From positions 3,310-67,309 of the IMG/VR virus record IMGVR_UViG_3300025534_000008: a stretch of 64,000 nucleotides of DNA; one strand, 5' to 3'. Below the pieces are notes generated by a model. The model made no database searches, was not told the origin of the DNA, and saw nothing but the letters and a program-made list of their open reading frames with translations. Shown here piece by piece: positions 17,770 to 28,115 of this stretch. The position numbers and the translations under genes were made by a program. How positions within the stretch are numbered: position 1 is the first letter of the stretch; each line of letters begins with the position of its first letter. This DNA is from a virus.

Positions 17770-17955
17770 TTATCTCAATAACTTATCACACATTTCATCC
17801 GTCCATCTTCTAGGAATTTGTTTCCCTGCATATCTACCTAAGCCAGACATACCACCTAGTTTTAAATCAATATAATTATAAGATTCTTTTAGTGTTGACA
17901 TATCAACATTATAATCAACTATATGCCAAGTGCCATTCTTATTTGGTAATATCAA
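17770..17955 (-). CDS. Hypothetical protein (start uncertain)
   Basis: 61 aa ORF; the ATG with a good RBS just upstream is out of frame. Confidence 0.5.
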   Translation of the reverse strand: MILPNKNGTWHIVDYNVDMSTLKESYNYIDLKLGGMSGLGRYAGKQIPRRWTDEMCDKLLR

Positions 17956-18007
17956 ACAACCTCATTAGACCTCCATTCTTATTTAAAAAACTCATTTTAA
18001 TTTAATT

Positions 18008-19153
18008 TTATAAACACTCACTTATAGCATTATCAATGTAACTAAATTTGCCATTTTCATAATAATATATTTTCTTCTCATAATTAGTATCAATGAATGA
18101 TTTACCATTTGATGTTATTTTTTGCACTTTTGTTATTTTATTTGCTCTTATAATATATTTATCTATATCAGGAACATAATATAAACTCATGTAATCTGTT
18201 TCAATGTTTTCTGCTTCATCAATAAAAAAATAGTAATTATTATGTGCTAATTTCTTTAGGCTTTCTACAATTTCTTTATGTTTACCATCATAAGCCTGGT
18301 GGACAAGATAAGCATGTATACCTGACTCTCGTAAGGGCTGTATATAGCTGTCATAATCATTAGTTCTTTCAGGCAAAAATATAATAGACTTTCTTAGCTC
18401 ATTAATAATCTCTTCCCATGAAATTTTATCGCACAGTCTTTTATAATAATCATGTCCATAACAACAAAAATCTGACATTTTCGCTTTCCACAAATAAAAA
18501 GCCAACTCTGCTGTTAATCCACCATTTTGATTAAATAATTCATCATCCCATTTTTTGATTAAATTAGCTGGAGCATAAACTTTTGATGCGTTTCCATAGT
18601 AACATAAGTAGAATTTGATACCATCTTCTGTTATACACTCATACCACACGTTATCATCTGGATTTATTGTTGGATATATTCTTTCTTTTTTTACATTATC
18701 CAGATTATATACAGTTGTATAAACTAAACCTTTTGTAAGATTTTCCTGCCATTCTCTGTATTTTCTGCATTCTTCTTTTGCTATTTCATATTTTTTATAT
18801 CTTTCAAGTTCTTCCTGTTTTTTCTTTTCTTTTTGCTCTTTCCTTTGCTCTTCCAATTGCTCTAATGTTATAATTTTTATATCGTTTTTATTAGGATATA
18901 TGGCTAAAAACTTTTCTAATTCTTTCCCTGATATCCTGTACCCTTCAGCATAATGGAATAAATCTATTTCTTCCAAAAAGTTTTCACTATAGTATTGCAT
19001 TTTTACATTATAACTTTTTAATATATTTATTCCTTTTTTAACGAAGAACCTACCTGTTTCGGATACAATAGTATTATAAATTACATTCCCTTGTATATTG
19101 ACTGGTTTCTGCTCTTCAACTAAAATTATCTTTTCATTTAACATTTTTATCAT
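18008..19153 (-). CDS. Hypothetical protein (381 aa)
   Basis: Long ORF with RBS; no motif recognised. Confidence 0.85.
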   Translation of the reverse strand: MIKMLNEKIILVEEQKPVNIQGNVIYNTIVSETGRFFVKKGINILKSYNVKMQYYSENFLEEIDLFHYAEGYRISGKELEKFLAIYPNKNDIKIITLEQLEEQRKEQKEKKKQEELERYKKYEIAKEECRKYREWQENLTKGLVYTTVYNLDNVKKERIYPTINPDDNVWYECITEDGIKFYLCYYGNASKVYAPANLIKKWDDELFNQNGGLTAELAFYLWKAKMSDFCCYGHDYYKRLCDKISWEEIINELRKSIIFLPERTNDYDSYIQPLRESGIHAYLVHQAYDGKHKEIVESLKKLAHNNYYFFIDEAENIETDYMSLYYVPDIDKYIIRANKITKVQKITSNGKSFIDTNYEKKIYYYENGKFSYIDNAISECL

Positions 19154-19215
19154 CTCCTTTTATCTACTTTTTACTAATTATAATAAATTATTACTATATC
19201 ATTATTATAAAAATT

Positions 19216-19425
19216 TTACTTCATTGAATTTTTAAATTCAATATATTTATCTCTAAGTTCCATATAATTATTTCTTTGTTGTTGTAGTTCTTCCTCTAAT
19301 TCCTCAATTTTGTTATTAAGATCAACAACCAGTTTTTCATTACACCTTATCAATTTAATTAATTCATCCCTTGACATCTTATTTAACTCTTCTTCATTCA
19401 TTTTATAAGTATCAAACTTTAACAT
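19216..19425 (-). CDS. Small coiled-coil protein
   Basis: 69 aa, heptad-rich. Confidence 0.7.
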   Translation of the reverse strand: MLKFDTYKMNEEELNKMSRDELIKLIRCNEKLVVDLNNKIEELEEELQQQRNNYMELRDKYIEFKNSMK

Positions 19426-19468
19426 ACTATCACCTTTCTTTTTATATAAATAGAAACCTTGTTTTATT

Positions 19469-19657
19469 TTATTTCCGTTTTAAACCCTTATCCAATATCC
19501 GACACATTTTAGCATGAGATATGTTATTATCCTTTTCAAATTTAGTTATATCCTTAATTAATTTCTGTCTTTGCTGTTCCCATTCGTCTGAAGGAAAAAA
19601 TTCACCTTCATATATGCCATTCCTATATATTTTTGCCATAATATAACCACCTTCCAA
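19469..19657 (-). CDS. Hypothetical protein
   Basis: Short ORF; start probably MAKIY. Confidence 0.6.
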   Translation of the reverse strand: MEGGYIMAKIYRNGIYEGEFFPSDEWEQQRQKLIKDITKFEKDNNISHAKMCRILDKGLKRK

Positions 19658-19683
19658 AATATTAATATAATTTTTACATTATA

Positions 19684-19712
19684 AGTATAGCATATATATT
19701 TTATACTGTCAA
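19684..19712 (-). promoter_or_regulatory. Strong early sigmaA promoter, representative of a family
   Basis: TTGACA-17-TATACT with TG extension; similar promoters at 16515-16543, 23283-23311, 24151-24179, 24329-24357, 25806-25834. Confidence 0.8.
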
Positions 19713-19736
19713 TATTAATTTTGAAAATTTTGTACA

Positions 19737-19994
19737 TTATTTGATGAATTCTGTTATGCTGAAATTAAATCTTGTTGATATATACAATGCCTGCTCAAAA
19801 AGCGGTATATTTTTCGTGCTTTTGTTAGTCCAGGCATATACATTTCGATGACTATAACCTAAAGATATTATATCGGCTGGTTTAATGTTGTATATATCCA
19901 TAATGCGTTTTAAGTTAGCCTTTATGATACTGCGGTCTGTGCTGTTATACTGTTGTAATAATTGCAAAAATTCAGCTTGTGTATATTGTATCAT
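19737..19994 (-). CDS. Small HTH-like DNA-binding protein
   Basis: IKANLKRIM..YNIKPADIISLGYSHRNVYAW...NIPLFEQAL pattern. Confidence 0.65.
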   Translation of the reverse strand: MIQYTQAEFLQLLQQYNSTDRSIIKANLKRIMDIYNIKPADIISLGYSHRNVYAWTNKSTKNIPLFEQALYISTRFNFSITEFIK

Positions 19995-20053
19995 TGCATC
20001 ACCTCTATTCTGTTATACCAATATTTTACTATAGTACATTAATACTGTAAATA

Positions 20054-20341
20054 TCATCTTTGTATACTTTCAAGACACTCTTTATGTCCAAAATAATCAT
20101 TACAACCATATTTAGTCCAGCCTTCATGTATTATTTTTCCATCTCTTTCTATTGTATAGTATTGTTCTTCACTTTGTGAAAATACTTCGGAAGCATGTTT
20201 TCCGCATACTTCACAATTACCGTATTTATCGGATGAATAACCTGTTGATGTTAGTCTATAACGATATTGACTCATTTTATTATACCTCCATGCTTTAATA
20301 TTATATTTGTAAATATCCAACACAACCCAAATAAAACCCAT
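20054..20341 (-). CDS. Hypothetical protein
   Basis: Start probably MSQYR; contains CEVCG. Confidence 0.7.
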   Translation of the reverse strand: MGFIWVVLDIYKYNIKAWRYNKMSQYRYRLTSTGYSSDKYGNCEVCGKHASEVFSQSEEQYYTIERDGKIIHEGWTKYGCNDYFGHKECLESIQR

Positions 20342-20410
20342 AAAACTATATAATAAGCTGTTATAACCTTAAACACAGTAAGAAAATCCTGCATTATTGT
20401 TTGCCTCCTG

Positions 20411-21529
20411 TTATATAGTGCAATTATAAGCTGTTATTACTTCGTGCGGAATTTTAGCTGATTCTTCCCAATCTTCGTTTGTATAATCATTAAAATTATC
20501 TGCCTTTTTGCTTGCTATTTCCTGCTTTGTGAAATATGCTTTATATGCTTCTGTTATTGCTGTTATTCTCTTTTTTACATTTTCAGCTTTCCCTGAAGCT
20601 GCTCCTGCTGCTGCATTATATACATCATTGATGCTTGCGGATTTTTTGCCACTGAAAAATGTCATGGCAAATTCGGCAAATTCTTCAATAGGTATGTTGT
20701 CTTTTATGGATTGTAATGCTACAGGCACAAGGCTTAATAAATGTGTACGTGTTATTATGCGCTTTGCCACTTTTAAAGCTTCTTTGTCTCCTGCTCCAGC
20801 AATATCTTTATATATTGCCAATATCCTGTCATATACTGCTGTTATTTCTTCTGCTTGCTGTTCTGTTATCTCTGCTGATTCTATAAGTGGACGAATGAAT
20901 TTAGTTTCAAAAGAAGGATTATCGACATTGAGTAAAGCCCATGATTTTATAACTATATCTTCATTAGTGTATTTATTAAGTGCTTTTTCGGTCAAAGCTG
21001 AATTAAATAATTCATGTCTGCCTATTTCTTTTATTTTATCAATGCTTTTTGCTTTAACTCTTGTTAATTCAATGGCTGTTAACGGTTTTCCATTATTGAG
21101 TCTAAAAAACATTTCCGTTATTTCTTCGTCTGTTATACCGTCAAAGTAATATATAGTAAGCGAATAATCTTTTATCCTATCTTGCAATTCTTCAGGTAAA
21201 ATTCCAAACATCATTCCGTTAATGTCCATTGTTTCCCCCGATTCTAAAGTAACCTCTGGAATTCCTGTTAATTCGTATTCGTTATTTAAGTATCCTGCTA
21301 TTGCGTTTAACCTCTGTTTTCCGTCAAGCATATCATAGCCGTTATCATTTTTAGCTGCATAAAATGCCGGAATGGGATAACCTTCTATCATACTATGTAT
21401 TAGCAATGATTTTCTGTTATTGTCCCATACATAGCCCCTTTGTACTGCGTTGTCAAAATTAATTGTACCCCGTTCCATCATTTTTGTTAATTGTTTTGCT
21501 GACCATTGAATATTAGCTTTTTTAATCAT
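20411..21529 (-). CDS. DUF262 (ParB-like/GmrS) domain protein
   Basis: QRGYVW, LIHSMIEGYPIPAFY, LDGKQRL, FFRLNNGKPLT motifs. Confidence 0.9.
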   Translation of the reverse strand: MIKKANIQWSAKQLTKMMERGTINFDNAVQRGYVWDNNRKSLLIHSMIEGYPIPAFYAAKNDNGYDMLDGKQRLNAIAGYLNNEYELTGIPEVTLESGETMDINGMMFGILPEELQDRIKDYSLTIYYFDGITDEEITEMFFRLNNGKPLTAIELTRVKAKSIDKIKEIGRHELFNSALTEKALNKYTNEDIVIKSWALLNVDNPSFETKFIRPLIESAEITEQQAEEITAVYDRILAIYKDIAGAGDKEALKVAKRIITRTHLLSLVPVALQSIKDNIPIEEFAEFAMTFFSGKKSASINDVYNAAAGAASGKAENVKKRITAITEAYKAYFTKQEIASKKADNFNDYTNEDWEESAKIPHEVITAYNCTI

Positions 21530-21540
21530 TGTTAAACCCC

Positions 21541-21819
21541 CTATATATTAATAATTTCTAATTTGTTAATTTTTGAATATACTACAGGAATTTTATATTC
21601 TGCTGCAATCTGATTTATAACGCTTGTGTTTTCTATGTCTGTTACTAAGTCTGGATGATGATAGATAGGCTTTAAAATGTCTTTTTCGTGTTCTTGTCTT
21701 ATGAATTCGGCGTTTGTTTCTTCTCCTACATCTTCAACAAGTCCACTTTTAAGCAATTCATTATAAAGCTGTTTAAAATTTTGATGTTCCATACTAACAA
21801 TTACCCTTGCTTTTTTCAT
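21541..21819 (-). CDS. Hypothetical protein
   Basis: 92 aa ORF with RBS. Confidence 0.7.
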   Translation of the reverse strand: MKKARVIVSMEHQNFKQLYNELLKSGLVEDVGEETNAEFIRQEHEKDILKPIYHHPDLVTDIENTSVINQIAAEYKIPVVYSKINKLEIINI

Positions 21820-21908
21820 AATACATAACCTCCATAATATTATATTTTGCCTGTTATTGTGGGATAGGATTTTTAAGGCTCGGAAAATCCTTCAAAAACC
21901 TGTTATAG

Positions 21909-22106
21909 TTAATCAACTATAATAAAGTGTATTCCCTCCGTCAACAAAACTGTTCCGATGTTATTGTCATAATCTAATAATGTTCTTTTACCTATATATT
22001 CTTCAGGTAAATCAGACTGCCAGCCGTTATCTTTGATCCATCTTTCCCATCTTCCTTTATAGTCTTCTGGTATAGTATCCCATTGTTTTCTTGTTATCTG
22101 TATCAT
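21909..22106 (-). CDS. Hypothetical protein
   Basis: 65 aa ORF with AGGAGG RBS. Confidence 0.75.
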   Translation of the reverse strand: MIQITRKQWDTIPEDYKGRWERWIKDNGWQSDLPEEYIGKRTLLDYDNNIGTVLLTEGIHFIIVD

Positions 22107-22122
22107 TGTTAAACCTCCTTAA

Positions 22123-22464
22123 TTACATCCTGTTAATATATTCACCTTTAAAACAATGTCCAGCATATACCCAACCTTCGTTAGTTTTAACAAATGTCGA
22201 ATATGTAGGTCTATATTTTCCGTTTTTATCCATTCTGTGAGAATAAGGTTCTCCAATTTGCACCATATTATAAGTCATTGTTACAGGTGGTAAAACGTTT
22301 ATTGCATAATCTATCAATTCATCATCAACTAAACAACCAACAAATAAATATTCCGATAAATTACCCTTCCAATTTTTGTATGTTTTAACTTCATCACATT
22401 TACTTTTACATATTTCGCAAAATTCAGAATTCATACATGTTAATATCTCATTTCTGTTAATCAT
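22123..22464 (-). CDS. Hypothetical protein
   Basis: 113 aa ORF with AGGAGG RBS. Confidence 0.8.
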   Translation of the reverse strand: MINRNEILTCMNSEFCEICKSKCDEVKTYKNWKGNLSEYLFVGCLVDDELIDYAINVLPPVTMTYNMVQIGEPYSHRMDKNGKYRPTYSTFVKTNEGWVYAGHCFKGEYINRM

Positions 22465-22536
22465 TTCTCATACCTCCTGTTATGTGTTATATTTGTAACA
22501 TTTGGGCATTTTAAGCGGATGCCCTAACCGCTTATT

Positions 22537-22968
22537 TTAAAAATACCAATGGTTTCTTCTGTACTCCATTTCTTCACTTAGTTTCATAGGTTTATATACT
22601 TCTTTTGCGTTTGGATTCGGTCTGTAGATATGCAATGTATTTTCATCTGTTAAAAAGTAACAATCAACTATACTGCCATTAGATAACCCTTTTATTTTTT
22701 TAGCAGTATTTGGGACATCTTCAAACTTCCAGAAATATCCTTCTTCTTTTATATTGTGACTTAATGAAAATATTTCAAGTAAGCCATTATTTAAAGTCTG
22801 TTTTTCTTCTGCTTTCTCCATTTTTAAGCCTGTTATGTCTAAAAATTCTTGCAATTGCTCCATTGTGTTAAATCTTGCAAAATGCCACATTCCACGATGA
22901 ATAATTATTGGATATTGATAATACTGATTGTCTGTTTTTTCAACTTTTGTAACATACGCTTTATTCAT
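22537..22968 (-). CDS. Hypothetical protein
   Basis: 143 aa ORF with AGGAGG RBS. Confidence 0.8.
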   Translation of the reverse strand: MNKAYVTKVEKTDNQYYQYPIIIHRGMWHFARFNTMEQLQEFLDITGLKMEKAEEKQTLNNGLLEIFSLSHNIKEEGYFWKFEDVPNTAKKIKGLSNGSIVDCYFLTDENTLHIYRPNPNAKEVYKPMKLSEEMEYRRNHWYF

Positions 22969-23017
22969 TTTGAAACCTCCTTATTATATTTATATTATGC
23001 GCTGAAGCAATGAATAA

Positions 23018-23236
23018 CTATACTCTTTGAAGTAGTGGTAATTCAGCAATTATTTCCTCTAATTCATCTATGCGTTCCTCTGTCAATTCGCTGTCCCAAA
23101 ATGCCATTAATTCATTGCATAATTCGTGAATTTGCCAAAGATCGTCTTGCGATTCCTCCACCCCTAAAACGTTTACCTTTTCCAATCCAGTTTTTACCAA
23201 TGTGTCAATCGTAATTCTTAACCTGGTATAAGTCAT
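23018..23236 (-). CDS. Small acidic hypothetical protein
   Basis: 72 aa ORF behind its own strong promoter. Confidence 0.75.
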   Translation of the reverse strand: MTYTRLRITIDTLVKTGLEKVNVLGVEESQDDLWQIHELCNELMAFWDSELTEERIDELEEIIAELPLLQRV

Positions 23237-23375
23237 TTTTAAACCCTCCTTATAAAATTTTCAATGTTCATTTTATATTTATATTTTACCATAGCTTTTT
23301 AATACTGTCAACATTAATTTTAAAAATTTTTTAAGTTTTTATTCAAGATAAAACTAACATTTTATATTAATATAA

Positions 23376-23624
23376 TTAGTCGCACCATGCAGAATACTCC
23401 GAATTATATTCCCATTCGATGTTATTTCTTGTGCAATATATTTCAATAGCTGATACAATTTCTTGGTTAATTGGCTTATTCCCTCTTTGTATACTCCAGT
23501 TTCCGTTAATTGTTATTTCTTCACCATCAAAACTAATAGAATATATTTCTCTGTCTACTTCAATATTAGCCTTGTTTTTTAACCCTGCTATTTGTTTTTT
23601 TGTCAGTTGAATTCCTATGCTCAT
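23376..23624 (-). CDS. Hypothetical protein
   Basis: 82 aa ORF with RBS. Confidence 0.75.
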   Translation of the reverse strand: MSIGIQLTKKQIAGLKNKANIEVDREIYSISFDGEEITINGNWSIQRGNKPINQEIVSAIEIYCTRNNIEWEYNSEYSAWCD

Positions 23625-23637
23625 TATAAAACCTCCT

Positions 23638-23934
23638 TTATATTACTTTATTATATTGAAAATAAGTTCCTTTAAATATGACTTCTTGTACTTTATTAAG
23701 CATAATAGGTTTAAATGTCAATCCTGTTATATCTTTAAAATATTTTTTATATTCTTCTGAAAATACTGTCGCTGTCTTAATTGTTTTAACTTCCTGCAAG
23801 CCATTTTTGTCATTTGTTAGTTGCATCGGCTTGTTATTATTGCTATACACCACAAAAAACATTTTAATAACCTCCTTAAACTTCAAAATCCTTGCATATT
23901 TCTTGTATTTCTGTATTAATAATATTAAAATCAA
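23638..23934 (-). CDS. Hypothetical protein
   Basis: Start probably MFFVV. Confidence 0.65.
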   Translation of the reverse strand: MILILLIQKYKKYARILKFKEVIKMFFVVYSNNNKPMQLTNDKNGLQEVKTIKTATVFSEEYKKYFKDITGLTFKPIMLNKVQEVIFKGTYFQYNKVI

Positions 23935-24428
23935 TTTATTATCAATAAATCACATCTACAAACCTTCCGTTGACGTATTTTTCAATCAACGGTAGCAAAT
24001 GATAATTATCATTTGCTATTCTCTTTGCTTTATTAAGATTATTACCTTTATATAAGTCTCCGAAATTTTCCTCAAAACCTGGAACAACAACTTTATAAAT
24101 AACTTTTGATTTTTTCATTCTTATACCTCCATTTCTTCATTTATATATTAATAATACCATACTTTATTAATGTTGTCAATATTAATTTTTTAAAAATTTG
24201 CTATTTATTCTCATAATACCATCATAAACTGTCATCCTACATTTTGTAGTAATCGTCCATTGTTCGCTGATTCCAATGTTTATACCATGTTTTCATTCAA
24301 TCTCAACCCCCTTTTATTTTATATTTATATTTTATCATATATAATTAATACTGTCAATATAAATTTAAAAATTTTTTGTAAAATAAAAACTACCCTTTTA
24401 GGTAGTTAAGATAAAATTATATTTTATA

Positions 24429-24653
24429 TTATGTTTTGTCTCTTTCTTGTTTTATCTGAAGTCTTAACTTAGTTATTATATCCTGCATCCTCAAAAAATC
24501 TTGTTTTAGCTTTATTTCTTCTCCGTTTACTACTTTTTTTACTATTATATAGCCTTGTAGCTTTATTTTTTCTTCATCTTCTATTCTGGCAATTACTGGA
24601 TACCCAAGTTTTGGATGTAAATATTCAATCCAACTATTTATCGATTTATACAT
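24429..24653 (-). CDS. Hypothetical protein
   Basis: 74 aa ORF with GGAGG RBS. Confidence 0.75.
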   Translation of the reverse strand: MYKSINSWIEYLHPKLGYPVIARIEDEEKIKLQGYIIVKKVVNGEEIKLKQDFLRMQDIITKLRLQIKQERDKT

Positions 24654-24738
24654 TGTTTAATCCTCCTTGTATATTTTATATTAATATTTTACTACAATTT
24701 ATTATTATTATATACATCCATAGATAAAAGAGGGAATT

Positions 24739-25185
24739 TTAGTTCCCTCTTAATTGTTTCAGTTCGTTTTCCATTTTTTCAATTTGTTGAAAAATCATTT
24801 TCTTTATGTTTTCTGGATATTGTGTCCAGTCTGTTTTTTCGTTTTCTTTGTAAAGTTCTTTTAATTCTGTTTCTAATTCTGCAATTTTTGCTTTATTTTC
24901 CTGCTCTTTTTGTTCAAATGCTGCATTAATACGTTTATTTATAATATCCTGGTTATTTACTGTAATATATCCTGCTCCATTCAGCGGACTAACTAATATT
25001 ACTACATTGTATTTATTTGTATCTATATATAATCTCTTTGACCATCTGCGATCAGGTTCAAATTCCTGTTTTGCGCTCCCTATGTCTGCTAAAAATTTAA
25101 CTTGTTTCTGAGATAACCAGCAAGCGGATTTTTCTTGAATATTTGCTGTTTTGACCATGTTTTCGATTAATTCGTTAACTGTCAT
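24739..25185 (-). CDS. Hypothetical protein with C-terminal coiled coil
   Basis: 148 aa ORF with RBS and promoter. Confidence 0.8.
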   Translation of the reverse strand: MTVNELIENMVKTANIQEKSACWLSQKQVKFLADIGSAKQEFEPDRRWSKRLYIDTNKYNVVILVSPLNGAGYITVNNQDIINKRINAAFEQKEQENKAKIAELETELKELYKENEKTDWTQYPENIKKMIFQQIEKMENELKQLRGN

Positions 25186-25381
25186 TTAAAACACCTCTTT
25201 TTAATTTCTATAATTCTATTATAATACTATTAATATAATTTTACAATAGTTATTTTAACTATTTTTATTGTGCAATATGCACAAATTTTTAACATACCGA
25301 TATGGTAAATATATACAAATAAAAAGACTGTATTGCTACAGTCCGGAAAGATCAATATAAAAGTTATATTTTATATCATTA

Positions 25382-25585
25382 TCATATTGCCATAACTAGA
25401 TGACTTGAGGGATGCTTATCTATCATATAACCAATATAATTACCGTAAACGTGGACAAATTCGGGATATTTGTTGTTAAAATTATAATAATATTCTATTT
25501 CTTCTTTAATTCTACTAAATATTTCTTCTAATTGTTTTGAGTCCATTTTACTAATATTTACATCATAAAATTTAATATACTTCAT
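25382..25585 (-). CDS. Hypothetical protein
   Basis: 67 aa ORF with RBS. Confidence 0.7.
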   Translation of the reverse strand: MKYIKFYDVNISKMDSKQLEEIFSRIKEEIEYYYNFNNKYPEFVHVYGNYIGYMIDKHPSSHLVMAI

Positions 25586-25599
25586 TTTTTAACCTCCTT

Positions 25600-25791
25600 T
25601 TACCAATTCTTCATTATTTTATTTATCTTGCCTTCTTTAAAAATAAAATAGTCAAATACTTTATCGTTTTTGATTAAATCCTTTTTATATACTAGCATTA
25701 TTAAATTATGTATAATACTATCTGTATAATATTTGTACCCTTCCCTTTTAATTCTTATTTGTTCTGTTTTAGTCATTATATCAACCTCCAT
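25600..25791 (-). CDS. Hypothetical protein, first gene of the left arm
   Basis: Start probably MTKTE; promoter at 25806-25834. Confidence 0.7.
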   Translation of the reverse strand: MEVDIMTKTEQIRIKREGYKYYTDSIIHNLIMLVYKKDLIKNDKVFDYFIFKEGKINKIMKNW

Positions 25792-25874
25792 ATTTTTATA
25801 TTAATAATATATCATATATAATTAATACTGTCAATAGTAATTAAAAAAAATTATATTATTATTTTATTAACAAT

Positions 25875-25925
25875 TTATCCACATTATCCACATGTTAATA
25901 TTAAGTTATACACAGGTTATTCACA
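25875..25925 (+). promoter_or_regulatory. Cluster of four co-oriented DnaA boxes (candidate origin)
   Basis: TTATCCACA 25875, TTATCCACA 25884, TTATACACA 25906, TTATTCACA 25917, at the point where gene orientation flips. Confidence 0.7.
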
Positions 25926-26728
25926 AAATAAAGTGTAAAGTATTTTTACTTGACATATTTAAATATAGTATTTTAGCATATTTTCTCTGTCAAGTATTTT
26001 TACTTTACAGATAAGTAAACTGTTCACTCCTTCCCGCCATGTTATTCGATACAATTTTAACCGTATCGATACAATTTTACTTCAACAAATACACTTTTAC
26101 CAATTCTTCCCAATAGCATCCTTCCTGGTCCACTATCTTATATACTACCATATTGTACCATTCTATCCAGTACCATACAGTGCATTTTTAGCTTGCATAG
26201 TATGTTCATATTATATCTATATCCTGCTTATTATGCTTATGTTGCGTCAATCCTGCTTTATTCCTGCATTACAAGCTATTATATACATTCACCACATAAT
26301 TAATATTATATAGTGAGTATATGCTATGCCGGATACGTTTACAAATTTTTAGTTAGTTTTTAGCCAGCAAGCCAGGGTAGCACTTTAATCTCTCTACCCA
26401 CAAAATTTTTACCGATTCAATCCATTTTCTTACAAATCCACTAAAAAATCAATCGTACATCTATCGAACAAATCCAGTATTTATGCGTATTTCACAACAT
26501 CACAAATAACATAAAATTATACTAATTTATCTATATTACAATTCTTCAAACTTAGTAATATCAATGCTTTTATAGGTTTTATATTCAACACTTATCGAAC
26601 GTATTTTTTAGTAATCGTACTAAAGCATATAGAATACACTTCAAACTATTATAAAATAAACATTTATAGATAACTAACACAGTAAAGTTACGATACATAA
26701 TATAAATATAAAAATTTTCATTTTTCTA

Positions 26729-27637
26729 TTGACTATCATAATAAAAGATAGTAATATATTATTGAAGAAAACAACTAACAAAGGAGATGTTTATATGGTT
26801 AATTTAAATGAATTTAAAAATTATCTTATATCCTGTTCTAAGTCAGAGAATACTATATCTTCTTATATATCTGATTTAGAACAATACTTTAAACAATATC
26901 CTACACTAACAAGAGAAAATATACTAAAGTATAAGAATTCTCTTACTGGTAGTACATCTACTATAAATAGAAAATTAAGTTCATTAAAACAATATAATGA
27001 ATATCTTTTAGTAACCAAACAAATAGATGGTCTTTATATACTAAAAGAAGATTTTGTTAAAGTGCAAAATAAAGGTAATCCAACAGATATAACATCTAAA
27101 CAAGTAGAAAAATTTCTTGAAAGAGTATTAACTAAAGATGCAGACTATAAATCAAGAAATATAGCTATAGTTTTTCTTATAGCCAATACAGGAATAAGAA
27201 GGTCTGAATGTTGTAATTTACTTCTTAGGAATATTGATTTAGAAAATAATGAAATGATAGTTATAGGTAAAGGTAATAAAGAAAGAACTGTATTATTAAC
27301 TGATAAGGTTGTGGAAATATTAAGAAATTATCTTGTAGATAGAAATAAATCTAGGTATAAGGATAGTCCATATTTATTTGTATCTGAACGTGGTAATAAA
27401 TTATGTCCAGAGACTATAAATGATATTTTTGATTACTATAGCACACCTAAAAATAAGATTAGACCACATCAATTAAGGCATAATTATGCTTCTACTGTCG
27501 TAGAGAATAATATACTCACTCTACCTGAACTACAGAATCAGCTTGGACATAGTAATATTAATACAACTGGGTTATACACTCATGCTAGAAAGGATGCTAT
27601 AAAGAAAAAGATAAATAAATTGTGTATTGGTTATTAA
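26729..27637 (+). CDS. Tyrosine recombinase/integrase (XerD-like)
   Basis: TGIRRSE, GKGNKER, PHQLRH, LGH and LYT catalytic residues present; start probably MVNLN at 26796. Confidence 0.93.
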   Translation: MTIIIKDSNILLKKTTNKGDVYMVNLNEFKNYLISCSKSENTISSYISDLEQYFKQYPTLTRENILKYKNSLTGSTSTINRKLSSLKQYNEYLLVTKQIDGLYILKEDFVKVQNKGNPTDITSKQVEKFLERVLTKDADYKSRNIAIVFLIANTGIRRSECCNLLLRNIDLENNEMIVIGKGNKERTVLLTDKVVEILRNYLVDRNKSRYKDSPYLFVSERGNKLCPETINDIFDYYSTPKNKIRPHQLRHNYASTVVENNILTLPELQNQLGHSNINTTGLYTHARKDAIKKKINKLCIGY

Positions 27638-28115
27638 TATACCCTCATTTCGCAACTTGCGTTGCTCATTCCCTAAAGGAAATTATATGAATATAAATAA
27701 TATTTTTTCAGGTTGCTTTATAATACGTTAGAAGTACAATAGTTTAATTTAGCACATAGTATAATAGAGTATATTTGTTCGTACCTGAAAAAATAAGCAA
27801 CAAAATACTTTGTTGCTTTAGTATGTTAGATTATTTATACCACCCCCCTAAGCTTCAGGACTATCGTCCTTCGCTTCCCCCTCTAAGGGGGATTAATTAT
27901 AAATATAATATTGACAAATTTTCTCTTTAGTATATAATATAAGTAGAGATGATGATATATATGTTTATTTAGTAACAAGATATAAAAATAAAAATTAATA
28001 TTTTGGAATTCTTTTTCTTTACGAAAATGTTTTTGAAACATAGTATTATCAAGGCTTTCAAAAATTACTTAGCACCCTATTCGTGCTAAAAATTAAAATT
28101 TAAGGAGGTACTTAT

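Noticed and set aside
17950-17975. Frameshifted start of the 17770-17955 ORF
   Set aside because: The in-RBS ATG gives only 8 codons; cannot tell pseudogene, sequencing error or alternative TTG start apart without homologs.
9200-19200. Arbitrium aimR/aimP genes expected from SPbeta synteny
   Set aside because: No TPR-rich receptor or Sec-type propeptide seen in the window; they could still lie outside it.
20508-21149. 213-aa plus-strand ORF and other antisense ORFs (e.g. 2960, 8364, 10689, 11646, 16981, 31908, 44643)
   Set aside because: Shadows of well-supported genes on the opposite strand, with no RBS or motifs.
26040-26080. TCGATACAATTTTA repeat pair as a CRISPR array
   Set aside because: Repeats are too short and nearly adjacent; folded into the origin hypothesis.
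27640-27900. GC-rich hairpins after the recombinase as an IS end, dif site or CRISPR repeat
   Set aside because: Single copies with no match to the IS-end geometry or a dif consensus I can recognise; most simply terminator-like.
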